A stretch of DNA of 64,000 bases from a virus (Duplodnaviria > Caudoviricetes), in IMG/VR virus record IMGVR_UViG_3300014208_000023, positions 96,001 through 160,000 of that record. One strand, given 5' to 3'. Below are positions 46,960-57,518 of this stretch, piece by piece. The notes beneath the pieces were generated by a model. It was not told the DNA's origin, did no database searches, and worked only from the letters and a program-made list of their open reading frames with translations. Both the position numbers and the translations under genes were made by a program. How positions within the stretch are numbered: position 1 is the stretch's first letter; each line of letters starts with the position of its first letter.

Positions 46960-49900
46960 TTATTGCCTCTGACTCCCAAAATCAAATAAATAATGCTCAT
47001 AATCTGCCGTTAAAGTAATGCCTTCATGAGTCGAAGCCGCATCTACTATGCTATAAGTTATTTTATTATTTCCACTTCTTAATTTACCATTTGAGGTTAT
47101 TGAGTCAGATGTTTTTTTGATATCATAAAATGAACCATTTGTAGTTATTTTGATGATATGTGACGACGCTACGTATCCATCTCTATAGCCATCAGAATAT
47201 CCATCATAGCCATCAGAATATCCATCCGTATATCCATCAACAACATCAACAATATCAACGCACCATCTATTAAATATTCTGGTGCTATCTGGAACTATAT
47301 AGATATATATTCCATCCTTATTTTTATTTGGCAACCCTAACAAATCGTTATTCAAATTATTTATTGTAAATACACCATTAATAGATTTTGGATGATTCTC
47401 ACCTGGTCCAATAAAAACTTCACGATCATGAATTGATCGACCTGCTTTTGTAATTTCAAAAGATAAATCTGCCTGATTATCTATCCCATTCCACTGTGGA
47501 ACAACCCACATTTCCATTGTTCCCTCTTCAATTTTAAGGTTGGAAATTACTGGAAAACTAACCGTCTGATCTGGATTAGATACTAGAATGCCATTGCCAT
47601 GTTTTGCTGGAAGTATTTCGAGCTCACCAGTTGTCTTTACTTTTTGTCTAGAAAGAAGGCTGCTTCCAAGTGACCAATTTGTGAATGCGGCCTCTATTAT
47701 TTCTGGCGGAACATGAGTAATGCTCTGGACTATGTTTCGCAAAGAGCTTACCGTTGGGCCCTGAGTAAATGACTGCATTGCCGCAACAAGAGCATCGCGA
47801 TACCTCTCACGCGAGAAGTCTATATTTAGATTATTTAAAATAGGGATATCGATAAGTGTTCCGAAATTTTTAAGCAAGGCATCACGCAATGCTCCGGCCT
47901 TATAGGTTACGTAATATTTATTTCCGGGCTCTACCGTTGTAGATTTAGAGAAATCTAATATATTGTCTCCATGCTCATAGCTTAAAATTATCTCATCGGC
48001 AAGATAGCTGTAATCTATTAGATAGTCTCCTCGACTATAATCGACGACTATTCTTGATAAATCAGCTATCGTAAATGAGTATGTAACCAATACTGCATCG
48101 CCCGTAACTGGAGTATTTACGCCAGATAGGGTTAGCGTTAAAGGAGAGCCGGCAACAACAATACCTGAACCATCCCAAAGTTGAGCACTATCAGATAGTC
48201 TAGTAACACTAACAGTTACGCTTATATTTGGAGAAATATATGGAAGATTAGTATTAGTAACAATAATATGATTTAGACCAGAAAGCTGAACTGATTGATA
48301 CTCGCGATATTGTTTGGTAGAGACACTTATTGTTTTTCCATTTACAGTGGCAGATGTAGCAAAATTAATTGGACTAACATTATTTAAAAGGTCTTCCCTT
48401 TCGAATAATCCTCTTACATATTTGACATAGTCAGTTACACCAGGTATGAAGGTTGCCGATTCAAATACTCCAATATTTCCATTATATATTTGATATGGAA
48501 GAGTTGCGACACCACCTAAGAAGTTTTCAGCAGTAGTATCAAATACTGATGGAAGAATAAGAGAATCAGTGAATGAAGTATATTCAAATGATCTTACCTT
48601 ATCAGCCAAAGAGTTTAGCTTATAATACATATCAGATATTGTTATGATATGTGGATGCTGCGTTTTAACGTATCCTCTTTTATAAAATACGGTTCCTATT
48701 GATAGATCCTGGTCTGTAGCAACCACAACCCAAATCACGCCATTTTTATAATCTACTTGATATTCTCCAATTTGAGTTAGTTTGGAATTATTTTGACTTT
48801 CAGTAAGTCCGATATCATAATAAAACTCGGAAGAGAACGTGACAGTATCAGAAAATGTTATGCTTTTATTTTGAGAGTGAGCTATACCATCTTCAGACGC
48901 AGCAATAATGTTATTGTTGAGAAGGAATATTTTAAATAGTTTTTTAGTTACAGAAAGAGTAGTGGTTGTGCTAACGAAAAGAGTTTCATTTGGAACATCA
49001 TCAAATGACACACGCTCTCTAGTTAAATCAGTAATTTTTGGGGGTGTTTGGTATGTAAAAAATACTTTGCTTTGATTCCATCGCGATACATTATAAACTT
49101 CGCCGCTAGTTTCATTAAAAATTCTAAATACATTAGTTATTGGAAAGTTTAATGGCCTAATTACATTTAGCGCCTCTAGTCTATTTTCAATTCTTTCCGA
49201 TAACTCTTCCTTATGGACTTCTGCAAAATAATCTACATCTTTAACTAGAACTTTATCAAAACTATATGTAATAGCGGCTGGCGATCCGGTTAAGTTACCT
49301 AAAGGTAGAGCTACGATATCTGACGCGGAATCATCATATACATAGTCTATTTCTGATTGAAAGGGATATCGATAATAATATATTGCAAGTGGAGGGTAGG
49401 CGCCCGTTCCAGATCTATTATTGTCTTCACCAAACACATATACTGTTCCAGTAGAGTAATCTACCGAATATTCTCCAACTCGTGATGGTAACGATTCTAG
49501 TCTAAAAGGTATTTCATAAACAAACGCTGGGTGAGCAGTATTGCTTCCGGGAAAAGCATTTGGGTCAGAGAAGGATATATTACCAACTTTTCCATTTATA
49601 TTATTGGCGCTTACGATCGGAGCGTGCTTTAGATTAAATACATTTTCTATTGCTGGCAGCACTTCTCTTCCAGAAGGAAGAACGGCATTAGCTATAATAG
49701 TTGCTGGATCGATTACCTTGCCCTGATCTTTATACTGATAATCTATAGTTATAGATGCTATATTCTCTAAAGAGAATGATGTATTTGATAATACCTTATC
49801 GCTTAATCTAAATTGGTTTTCTCCTAGCGAAACATATGTAAATGCATAGCTAGGATCATATTTAGAATTTTGGACTTGGTATCCATAAATAGTTTTATCA

Positions 49901-50706
49901 TATGAAAACGCAGGTAATATTGAATTATAAATTATCGTAACGCTATTAAGTATAGTTACTGGAAACTTTTTTGCATTTATGGTAAGCGTTTTTAAATTGA
50001 AACTTCCTATAGAATCGGAATTACTTAAAGTAAGTGTTTCGACCATATTGGCACTTAACAATGACCGTGGAAAATCTGGAAATTCACTTTCATTAATGGT
50101 TTCCGTTAAGGGAGCATTCGTTGGAGTTAGGGCAACGCGACTTATCTCATATGCTCCCTCTTGATTTAACCTGTCGTGCGCACTTGTTCCTCTGGTTTTT
50201 AATTCATCAGTTACCGTGAATGATAAGTAATTATCGTTTTTTGTTTGGCCTATACTATATAGTGCTTTTGATAATGATAATGATAGTCCGTCAATATATG
50301 TTGATAAAATCGATGGTGACTCTAAATCATATACATTCTTTGATAAAAAACCTAATAAAGCGTCTTTAATGGGGTTGCTTGCTTCAAGTGGCCCTACGAA
50401 ATAATGTTTATTCGTAGCACCATCATTTAAAATTACGGCATCACCATTTAGTGATTTAAAAATAACCGTATCAGTACTTTTAAAGTTTATTACATATGTT
50501 GCTTGAGATACTATTGGTTGTGTAATAATGTTTAAAACATTATCGACAATATCTATTTCAAGAATAGTTGGTGCAAGAACGCCATTAGTTTCAGAAGTAA
50601 TTGAAACATTATCAATCCCTATTAATGGGCTCAACGATGAGCTGAACTTTGCAGATAAATGAGTGCTATCAGTTACTGTAAATGATAATAATCTTAAATT
50701 TGCCAT
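46960..50706 (-). CDS. Large baseplate/virion protein, probable N-terminal half of a split gene
   Basis: 1248 aa, follows baseplate J; ends partway into a LamG-type repeat (EEGTMEMWVVP...YLFDFG). Confidence 0.75.
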   Translation of the reverse strand: MANLRLLSFTVTDSTHLSAKFSSSLSPLIGIDNVSITSETNGVLAPTILEIDIVDNVLNIITQPIVSQATYVINFKSTDTVIFKSLNGDAVILNDGATNKHYFVGPLEASNPIKDALLGFLSKNVYDLESPSILSTYIDGLSLSLSKALYSIGQTKNDNYLSFTVTDELKTRGTSAHDRLNQEGAYEISRVALTPTNAPLTETINESEFPDFPRSLLSANMVETLTLSNSDSIGSFNLKTLTINAKKFPVTILNSVTIIYNSILPAFSYDKTIYGYQVQNSKYDPSYAFTYVSLGENQFRLSDKVLSNTSFSLENIASITIDYQYKDQGKVIDPATIIANAVLPSGREVLPAIENVFNLKHAPIVSANNINGKVGNISFSDPNAFPGSNTAHPAFVYEIPFRLESLPSRVGEYSVDYSTGTVYVFGEDNNRSGTGAYPPLAIYYYRYPFQSEIDYVYDDSASDIVALPLGNLTGSPAAITYSFDKVLVKDVDYFAEVHKEELSERIENRLEALNVIRPLNFPITNVFRIFNETSGEVYNVSRWNQSKVFFTYQTPPKITDLTRERVSFDDVPNETLFVSTTTTLSVTKKLFKIFLLNNNIIAASEDGIAHSQNKSITFSDTVTFSSEFYYDIGLTESQNNSKLTQIGEYQVDYKNGVIWVVVATDQDLSIGTVFYKRGYVKTQHPHIITISDMYYKLNSLADKVRSFEYTSFTDSLILPSVFDTTAENFLGGVATLPYQIYNGNIGVFESATFIPGVTDYVKYVRGLFEREDLLNNVSPINFATSATVNGKTISVSTKQYREYQSVQLSGLNHIIVTNTNLPYISPNISVTVSVTRLSDSAQLWDGSGIVVAGSPLTLTLSGVNTPVTGDAVLVTYSFTIADLSRIVVDYSRGDYLIDYSYLADEIILSYEHGDNILDFSKSTTVEPGNKYYVTYKAGALRDALLKNFGTLIDIPILNNLNIDFSRERYRDALVAAMQSFTQGPTVSSLRNIVQSITHVPPEIIEAAFTNWSLGSSLLSRQKVKTTGELEILPAKHGNGILVSNPDQTVSFPVISNLKIEEGTMEMWVVPQWNGIDNQADLSFEITKAGRSIHDREVFIGPGENHPKSINGVFTINNLNNDLLGLPNKNKDGIYIYIVPDSTRIFNRWCVDIVDVVDGYTDGYSDGYDGYSDGYRDGYVASSHIIKITTNGSFYDIKKTSDSITSNGKLRSGNNKITYSIVDAASTHEGITLTADYEHYLFDFGSQRQ
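47185..47226. repeat. Exact 21-bp tandem duplication within a (DGY[S/T])n tract
   Basis: ATAGCCATCAGAATATCCATC x2; protein reads DGYTDGYSDGYDGYSDGYRDGY. Confidence 0.9.
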
Positions 50707-50707
50707 A

Positions 50708-53700
50708 TTAACGAGATTCCTGATTTACAATAATATCATTTGCAGAAAAGAACTGATCCGCTTCAGCAACAAGAGATAGCTTCTGCCCAACTACTCCATT
50801 TTTATTGAAATAAATAATACGAGCCCGATCAACACCATCAACTCCTTGTGCTGCCACTGCTAGGTCAGAAGCATTTATTACATCTCCCAATGTTCCAGTA
50901 TTGATTGCGCTTGTTATTCTATCTTTTGTATTTTGTTTAACTATTGCAGCAGAGCTATTGAATTCTGTTTTGATAACTATATTTAGCGTAGCATTAACTA
51001 GAACCTCTTTAGCCTCTCTAACCAGTACATCGGCATTTATTGGTCTAGAAGACTCTATTGCAAATGTGGTATCAGCAATGACTTGGTTAAAATTGCTTCT
51101 AATCAAAATTCTCTCATTTTGCTTTGGCGCAAGATAATCATAAAATGCTCTATATCTTGATCCGGTTGTTGGTTGAGTAAAAAATGAAATTGTAAATCTA
51201 GCAGATTGAGAAGAATTAAATCCGCTGGATACATATAGTTTATTCAATAAAGCAAATTTCTTATTAGTATATAGCGTACCATTTCTTGTAAAATATATAT
51301 TTTCAGAATCACCATCAGTAGCATACACAAAACTAACTCTTAACTTATCTCCTATTATTGGGGCCGAAGCAACGTTTGCGACCGTAGATGGTAAAATAAA
51401 ATCCATTTTTGATAACGAAGAGTTTATATTCATAATGTTTGAATATAGTAGGTCATTATAAATTTCAGTTCCAGCTACGTCATATGTAATGGCTGATGAT
51501 AATACTTGATCGTCAGTAGTAGTTAATACTTTTTCTACCTTTAAAACTCTAACTACAGATTTATCAGAACCTATTACTGATGTAGATGCTGCTCCCAAAA
51601 ATGTTTTCATCGCCTCTAGCAGGTTTTGCTTTAATCCATTTTGGGTGGCGGTAAATATAATGTTAGAAACTTTTGTAGTTGTTGTACCGGTGGCAGTAAG
51701 AATGCCGCTATTAGTAAGCTGATCGGTTAGAGTTATAGCTAGTCTAGTTGGAGATTGTCTTAATGTTTTATTTCCAAATACAATAACGAGAACATTATCT
51801 CCGGCTATAGCATTGGTTGAGCTAACCAAATTGAGCGTATTTGATGACATACTAGATGTGCTAGGCATCCATAAGTCTTTATTGTCTAGTAATCTAATTA
51901 CGCTTATTTGATTGTTGGATACATAGCTGGTTAGCGGACTTATAATAATGCTGTTAGAATTAACATATTGAATAATATTAAATGTGCCATTATTGTTTAT
52001 GTTGGCAGCATTAGATATTATTATCTGCTTTGATTTTATCTGTGATATTGTGGAAAAGTTTATACTGATACTATCAAAGGTAATGCTTTCAGAACTAACG
52101 CTAGAGATATAACCATCTGTGGCTGATGAAATAACCAATCCAGTAGTAGGATCTATTATTTCAAACTTTAGCCCAGTTGCGCTTGTAAAATTATTTAGTG
52201 GGCAGTATAGGTTGTTTGTAGAAAAATTATAGCTTAATGGATGTAAGTTATATTTTATAACTTCATTTGAAAATGTAAATGGTTGTCCGCGAGAAATATC
52301 AGTTGCCTTATAAACGACAATAACCTGATCTCCAACGGCTGGACCATTGAGCCCAGAGAAGGTTAAAACGTAGTTACTGCTTCCATCGACACTGACGGTT
52401 CCGTAACCATCACTATTCCAGTATTCTTTACCAGAAACTATATTCATTACGGTAATGACATTAGCGGCGGTTAGAGAATACTGCGTCGATAATAGACTTA
52501 ATGTTACATAAAAATTATTAGATACATCCTTTTGAACAGTTTGGTTCTGCCTGCTTATACAATTTGAGATTACGGTATTTTTACTTCCAGTATTTGTTCC
52601 TAAAACAAATCCATTACCGTCTCTGCTAATTGGTAGGTTAGTTACACTGAATGCCAATAAATCTTGCGATGATGAAACATAAGTCACAAGAAGATTTATT
52701 TGAGATGGAGTTCCAGTAATATTTCCTGATGGAACAGTCATATCACCAGAGATAAAACTTCCATTGGAATTTGTCACATTAAATACATCAATAGAGTTAT
52801 ATATTATAATAACATTATCACCTATGATCGCTTCTGTATCAGTAGGAAGAATAATACTTACATTATATTTTATATCAATACCAACTGCGACTCTATTATT
52901 TAGAAATAGCCCATCAGAAGATGCTGTTGAATATAATTCTTTTTCAGTATTAGTTAATTTAATACCGGATACACTATCTATTTGAGCATCTATTGCCGAT
53001 AGGCTTATAGCAAGACGATCAGAGAAATTTATTACTGTGCTGGCTTCCACCGTGCCAACAATTACATTGTAGGTGTTAGCAGATATTACCGAAGATATTG
53101 GTAGAGATGAGCTTCCAGTATAAAATGTGTTATCAGCATTTAGTCTAAATAGAACTTTTTCTGTTCTAACGGAATTAGATAGCCCCCAGTCAATGCTATC
53201 TACACTGCTTCTGGGATTGTTGGTAAGTAGCTTACCATCATAATCGCTAAACGCATCATAATCAATAATCCAAGTATAATCTACCTGAAGTATATCGCTT
53301 GCTGATGGTAGAGTATTTCCGCTAATCTGTATTCTTCCAGAATTATTGAATGGCGTTCCGTTGTCAAGATTCTGATTGGTTACCGTATAACGCTCTCCAG
53401 TATTTGAATTAAGAACCCTGCTAACGTTACTACAAGGAGTATGTAGTAATTGAACTATTGACCTGTCAGAGTTTAATACTGTGCTATTTTCATTATTGAC
53501 TGGAACATTTTGCTGTATGGTTGGTATTTCAATTACATCGGTGAATGTAGCCGCGTCCTGACCATTAAATTGAGCTTTGATAATATCTTCTTGAAAATCA
53601 GATACCCTATCACTTACCCAGACAAATGTATCTCTAGCCCAATTGCTTCCGGCATAAGCACCAGTATCTTTTACAAGATCATAGTTACCAGTAACACGAC

Positions 53701-54778
53701 CCAATGAATCTACTGATTTTGGAATAAAATTTCCACCGCTTAACGATCCGGTTACTTCTAAAAGATCTTTTATTGGTTGAGAAGGCACAATGCCAGCAGC
53801 AATATTGTCTATTCTCTTACGAGTTATAGTTTTGTTTTCGTCACCAGTAATTTGACCTAAAACAACATCATTAGCAGTATTTGTAGGATCATTACTATTA
53901 CTTTTATCTCTATAAATAAAGGTATCAATATTTTCATTAGTATTGCTTCCAAGGACAACAACATCTACTTTGCCGCCAGTTCCTTCAGACACTATGCTTT
54001 TGGTTTCGTCTTCAGCAGTTTTTACTATTGTTCCGTCACGCGTCATGAGAACATCGCCAGGACTAATAACTAAAGCATCCTGCACTGCCGAATTAGTTAG
54101 CGCTGTATTTTTATATCCAAGAGCTGTTCCTATATTGGATCCGCTAAATATAGCCAACACTCTGTTTCTATATGACGTATCATCTTCTTGATTTGCTCCG
54201 CCTTGAAAAGCGAATACATTAGTTACATTAGATACTCCTGGGATTGAAGTTCTAACTAGACTGTATTTTGATATATTTCCCTGCGCTCCTGGAACACTGG
54301 CCCTAACCGATACCTCTACCGCAAATGGGTCTGTAATATTTAAAAAGTTTAGGTCATTTTGATATTTAGTAGCTATTGAGCGATAGTAATTGCTTTTAGA
54401 TGAATCAACGCTGAATCCATTTGTAACAACAAAGTTAGATCCATTTTGAGCGGAAATAGAATCGCCCGAATTAACTGCTACATTGGCCGGAAGAGAACTA
54501 AATGTCAATAAGGCTATACCAGTAGATGATGATGCAGTTTTTTTGGTGGCTCCAAGATTCTGCCCTAATTTCTCTAAATCAGATCCCGAAACTAATCGTA
54601 ATGATTGAAGATTTGAAATTGCCGCAACTTCATCATGAAGAAGGGCTATTTGACTGCCTGGAGCATCTATGAATAGATCTCGGGCAACAGTACCATCTTT
54701 GGTATCCAAATCAGGCTGAGAAGCCTTATAGTATTCTATAAGCTCTAGTACGATTTCATTAAGAGATTTAATAGCCAT
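50708..54778 (-). CDS. Baseplate J/gp47-like wedge protein (extended)
   Basis: D.KDGTVARDL, V.V.A..PG..GN, GG.NQEDD..YR.R, PG..M.RD, G.VD. Confidence 0.85.
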   Translation of the reverse strand: MAIKSLNEIVLELIEYYKASQPDLDTKDGTVARDLFIDAPGSQIALLHDEVAAISNLQSLRLVSGSDLEKLGQNLGATKKTASSSTGIALLTFSSLPANVAVNSGDSISAQNGSNFVVTNGFSVDSSKSNYYRSIATKYQNDLNFLNITDPFAVEVSVRASVPGAQGNISKYSLVRTSIPGVSNVTNVFAFQGGANQEDDTSYRNRVLAIFSGSNIGTALGYKNTALTNSAVQDALVISPGDVLMTRDGTIVKTAEDETKSIVSEGTGGKVDVVVLGSNTNENIDTFIYRDKSNSNDPTNTANDVVLGQITGDENKTITRKRIDNIAAGIVPSQPIKDLLEVTGSLSGGNFIPKSVDSLGRVTGNYDLVKDTGAYAGSNWARDTFVWVSDRVSDFQEDIIKAQFNGQDAATFTDVIEIPTIQQNVPVNNENSTVLNSDRSIVQLLHTPCSNVSRVLNSNTGERYTVTNQNLDNGTPFNNSGRIQISGNTLPSASDILQVDYTWIIDYDAFSDYDGKLLTNNPRSSVDSIDWGLSNSVRTEKVLFRLNADNTFYTGSSSLPISSVISANTYNVIVGTVEASTVINFSDRLAISLSAIDAQIDSVSGIKLTNTEKELYSTASSDGLFLNNRVAVGIDIKYNVSIILPTDTEAIIGDNVIIIYNSIDVFNVTNSNGSFISGDMTVPSGNITGTPSQINLLVTYVSSSQDLLAFSVTNLPISRDGNGFVLGTNTGSKNTVISNCISRQNQTVQKDVSNNFYVTLSLLSTQYSLTAANVITVMNIVSGKEYWNSDGYGTVSVDGSSNYVLTFSGLNGPAVGDQVIVVYKATDISRGQPFTFSNEVIKYNLHPLSYNFSTNNLYCPLNNFTSATGLKFEIIDPTTGLVISSATDGYISSVSSESITFDSISINFSTISQIKSKQIIISNAANINNNGTFNIIQYVNSNSIIISPLTSYVSNNQISVIRLLDNKDLWMPSTSSMSSNTLNLVSSTNAIAGDNVLVIVFGNKTLRQSPTRLAITLTDQLTNSGILTATGTTTTKVSNIIFTATQNGLKQNLLEAMKTFLGAASTSVIGSDKSVVRVLKVEKVLTTTDDQVLSSAITYDVAGTEIYNDLLYSNIMNINSSLSKMDFILPSTVANVASAPIIGDKLRVSFVYATDGDSENIYFTRNGTLYTNKKFALLNKLYVSSGFNSSQSARFTISFFTQPTTGSRYRAFYDYLAPKQNERILIRSNFNQVIADTTFAIESSRPINADVLVREAKEVLVNATLNIVIKTEFNSSAAIVKQNTKDRITSAINTGTLGDVINASDLAVAAQGVDGVDRARIIYFNKNGVVGQKLSLVAEADQFFSANDIIVNQESR

Positions 54779-54784
54779 TGGTCC

Positions 54785-55210
54785 TTATTGTGGATTAAAA
54801 GAAACATTTACGGTTCCAAAAGCTTTTGTCAAGACTTTTATGAAAACTTTTAATACTCTCATGTCCTGGTCACTTCTTTGTATGGAGATCCCTTGAATAT
54901 ATGAAATTTGTTCATCTGCCGTCATTTTTTGACCCGTAGATGCTTGTAACGTTTGTAGCTCTTTTAATATATCTATTGCATTTTGTAATTGTGATTGGGC
55001 TACATTATCGGTTATTTCTCTTGGTAAAGGGCTTCCTATTAGGCTTGATGATACCATAGACCCATACCAGGAATGCAGTGGGTTAGCGCCAAGCTCTGTG
55101 GTGGCAATCTTAACAAGATCCTGTGCTAACTTGTCTTTTCCACGTAAAGTGGCCAAGTTACCGTTCTCGATCTTAAGATCTCCAGCCACGATTTTTAGGT
55201 CAAATGACAT
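54785..55210 (-). CDS. Baseplate wedge gp25/GPW-like protein
   Basis: GDL...G.....L.G..KL.QD......T.LG.NP.H.WYG; directly before baseplate J. Confidence 0.78.
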   Translation of the reverse strand: MSFDLKIVAGDLKIENGNLATLRGKDKLAQDLVKIATTELGANPLHSWYGSMVSSSLIGSPLPREITDNVAQSQLQNAIDILKELQTLQASTGQKMTADEQISYIQGISIQRSDQDMRVLKVFIKVLTKAFGTVNVSFNPQ

Positions 55211-55919
55211 TTAATTTGCCTCTACGATTTCCGTCTTGCAAATTCTTTTTTGATGAATATGGTCTTAAATTTTTCAGTTCCCAGCATTTTTTGAAATTTT
55301 CGTTAGCCATACTATCATATGGTAAAAGTGACTGCGGTATAATATGATCGATATTCCAAGTCCAAGTAGAAACGTCGTCATCATTCCAATTTTTGCTATA
55401 ATTACCATAATTACTCCAATTCATCCAATATTCAAATTTATTTTCAATATATAGTTTTAATTCATTTATTGAATAATCTAAATATGAAAGAATACTTTTT
55501 TTATTTTTGAAATTACCGGTAAAAAATAAATGAGCCCTTACTGCTCTTGATATATTTGAATGTAACCTATAATTATGGGATTTATATCTATTTTTAGATT
55601 GTTTTTTACGATTTTTAATTATTTTATCTTGATTATTTTTTGCATACTCTATTTGATAATTTTTACGACTAATTTTATATGATTCACTATCTTTAATGGC
55701 CAAATATCGTTCAGTAGATTGAGAAATTATTTTTTCTTTTTTAATTTCATAATATTTTTTATTGTATATATCAAAATATTGCTTTTGGCATAATTTACAC
55801 GTATGCCTATGGTATATTTTTGTATCGCTTACTTTTTTGACGACTGAAAAATCAGCAATACTGCGATTCGTAAGACATTTTCTACATATTCGCATACTTT
55901 TACTCAACCTAAACCTCAC
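55200..55919 (-). CDS. HNH-type (homing) endonuclease
   Basis: CxxC..CxxC N-terminus, K/R-rich middle, IDHIIP...KCW.L.NLRP...N; very AT-rich; start may be ATG at 55895. Confidence 0.75.
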   Translation of the reverse strand: MRFRLSKSMRICRKCLTNRSIADFSVVKKVSDTKIYHRHTCKLCQKQYFDIYNKKYYEIKKEKIISQSTERYLAIKDSESYKISRKNYQIEYAKNNQDKIIKNRKKQSKNRYKSHNYRLHSNISRAVRAHLFFTGNFKNKKSILSYLDYSINELKLYIENKFEYWMNWSNYGNYSKNWNDDDVSTWTWNIDHIIPQSLLPYDSMANENFKKCWELKNLRPYSSKKNLQDGNRRGKLNVI

Positions 55920-55946
55920 GGTAATGCAATAAAATCGATATCCTGC

Positions 55947-57515
55947 CTAGGATGACGTAAATGCCTTACCATTGTATAATTGATTGAAATATAGCTGTAT
56001 TAGAGAATAAACGTCTTTTAGTTTAGACTCAAACTCTTTAAGTGATTCTATAACGTCTTCTGACCTAGAAATACCCGTAACATTTAGATTTGGTCTATGT
56101 TTTAGTAATCTATCGTAGGCCCTCGCGTCTATTAGGCCGGCCAGCTTATCGCGGTCCATTAGCCATAGCGCAGATTGAATGGCCACAATGTCTATTAATC
56201 CGAGACCGCTAAACTCTCCCATTATATATTCTATGTTTTGTAATGATGTTACCGCATCATTGCACGCATTCTTACGAAGAGCATTTAATTCGTCTAATTG
56301 GTCCTTAACGGATGTTTCAGTTACCTTATCTGCAGAAAAAACAATATCATCAATATTGGAAAACACAAAGCTTCCCTCATCTATCTTTTCTGATTTACCA
56401 AAATCAGAAGCAAAAGCAAAGTCATCTAATGATGATTTTGAGAATAAATCCAATATGTTACGCTCTAACTCTTGATTATTGTTATCTCTTTCTACTCCTT
56501 GAATACGAACTGTTCCCTCCATTCCCTGAATAGGATCTGGTATAGGCTGGAAATTTATAGTTTTTCGAGTATCAATTACTTCTTTAATACTTTTAACTAA
56601 AGTATTTATTAGTGCCCTCATAATTTTAAAATAATTATTGAAAACGGCAGCATCCGATGTTTGTAATTCTTTTTCTGGATTATGAGCTATTTTTAATAGG
56701 GTGGCATCAGTAACATTTTTATCTTTTTTAATGTCCTCAATAATCTGATTTATATTAACGCTGCTTTTTACTGTATTCTTATTGTTAAGGCGAACGCTTA
56801 TAACTCTTTCAATATAAGGTCTTTTATATGATGACTGGGCAAAACAAGCTAATTGAGAAAAATCGACTAAAAATGGAGCAGCAATAATATTTGTATCAGG
56901 ATAAACAACTATTCTGGGATCCACCACAAATGGCTTTAATGGATGAGTTGAGGATAATAATCCACTTGTTTTTAGAGCGCCAAATAAAGCTGTTTTATCA
57001 GAACTTACGCTATAAAATTTTGATAGCTCATTTATTCTATCATTTATGGTTTGAACTTGTGATTTATCAAAATCTAACGGATCGGTTTTTCCAAATTGAT
57101 TTTCGAAAGATCTAATATAAAGAGATCCTAATGCTACCGCTTTAGAATTGAATCCTCCTTCAGAAAATAATTTCGAATAAGTTTTAAAAACTGCTTCTCG
57201 TGGATTTAATTGTTGTGAGACAAAGTTCTTATTACCTACAACTCCTTGAGCTATTGTTTTATTATCAGTGGTTCCAACAGTATCCATATTTAGATTTACA
57301 TCGTAACCTGGACTAAAATATTCGAAATTATTTTTAACTACTGGAAAGCCAATCATTCTATAAAAAGCATTTACTCTAGACTCAAGGAAGCCATCGCCTT
57401 TAGTCTGGCTACGTATAGCATCAATCGGATCTAGTAGTGAAGATACTAGCTTCTCCATTTTAAGATCAAAAATGTCTTGGTTATCTTTATGGGACTCTTG
57501 CTGGGACGTAGCCAT
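55947..57515 (-). CDS. Hypothetical virion-operon protein
   Basis: 522 aa within the baseplate operon. Confidence 0.7.
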   Translation of the reverse strand: MATSQQESHKDNQDIFDLKMEKLVSSLLDPIDAIRSQTKGDGFLESRVNAFYRMIGFPVVKNNFEYFSPGYDVNLNMDTVGTTDNKTIAQGVVGNKNFVSQQLNPREAVFKTYSKLFSEGGFNSKAVALGSLYIRSFENQFGKTDPLDFDKSQVQTINDRINELSKFYSVSSDKTALFGALKTSGLLSSTHPLKPFVVDPRIVVYPDTNIIAAPFLVDFSQLACFAQSSYKRPYIERVISVRLNNKNTVKSSVNINQIIEDIKKDKNVTDATLLKIAHNPEKELQTSDAAVFNNYFKIMRALINTLVKSIKEVIDTRKTINFQPIPDPIQGMEGTVRIQGVERDNNNQELERNILDLFSKSSLDDFAFASDFGKSEKIDEGSFVFSNIDDIVFSADKVTETSVKDQLDELNALRKNACNDAVTSLQNIEYIMGEFSGLGLIDIVAIQSALWLMDRDKLAGLIDARAYDRLLKHRPNLNVTGISRSEDVIESLKEFESKLKDVYSLIQLYFNQLYNGKAFTSS

Positions 57516-57518
57516 AAA

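Noticed and set aside
44643-46989. Many overlapping plus- and minus-strand ORFs in the high-GC island
   Set aside because: Expected stop-poor shadow frames of GC-rich DNA opposite a coherent 734-aa gene; no SD or motif support
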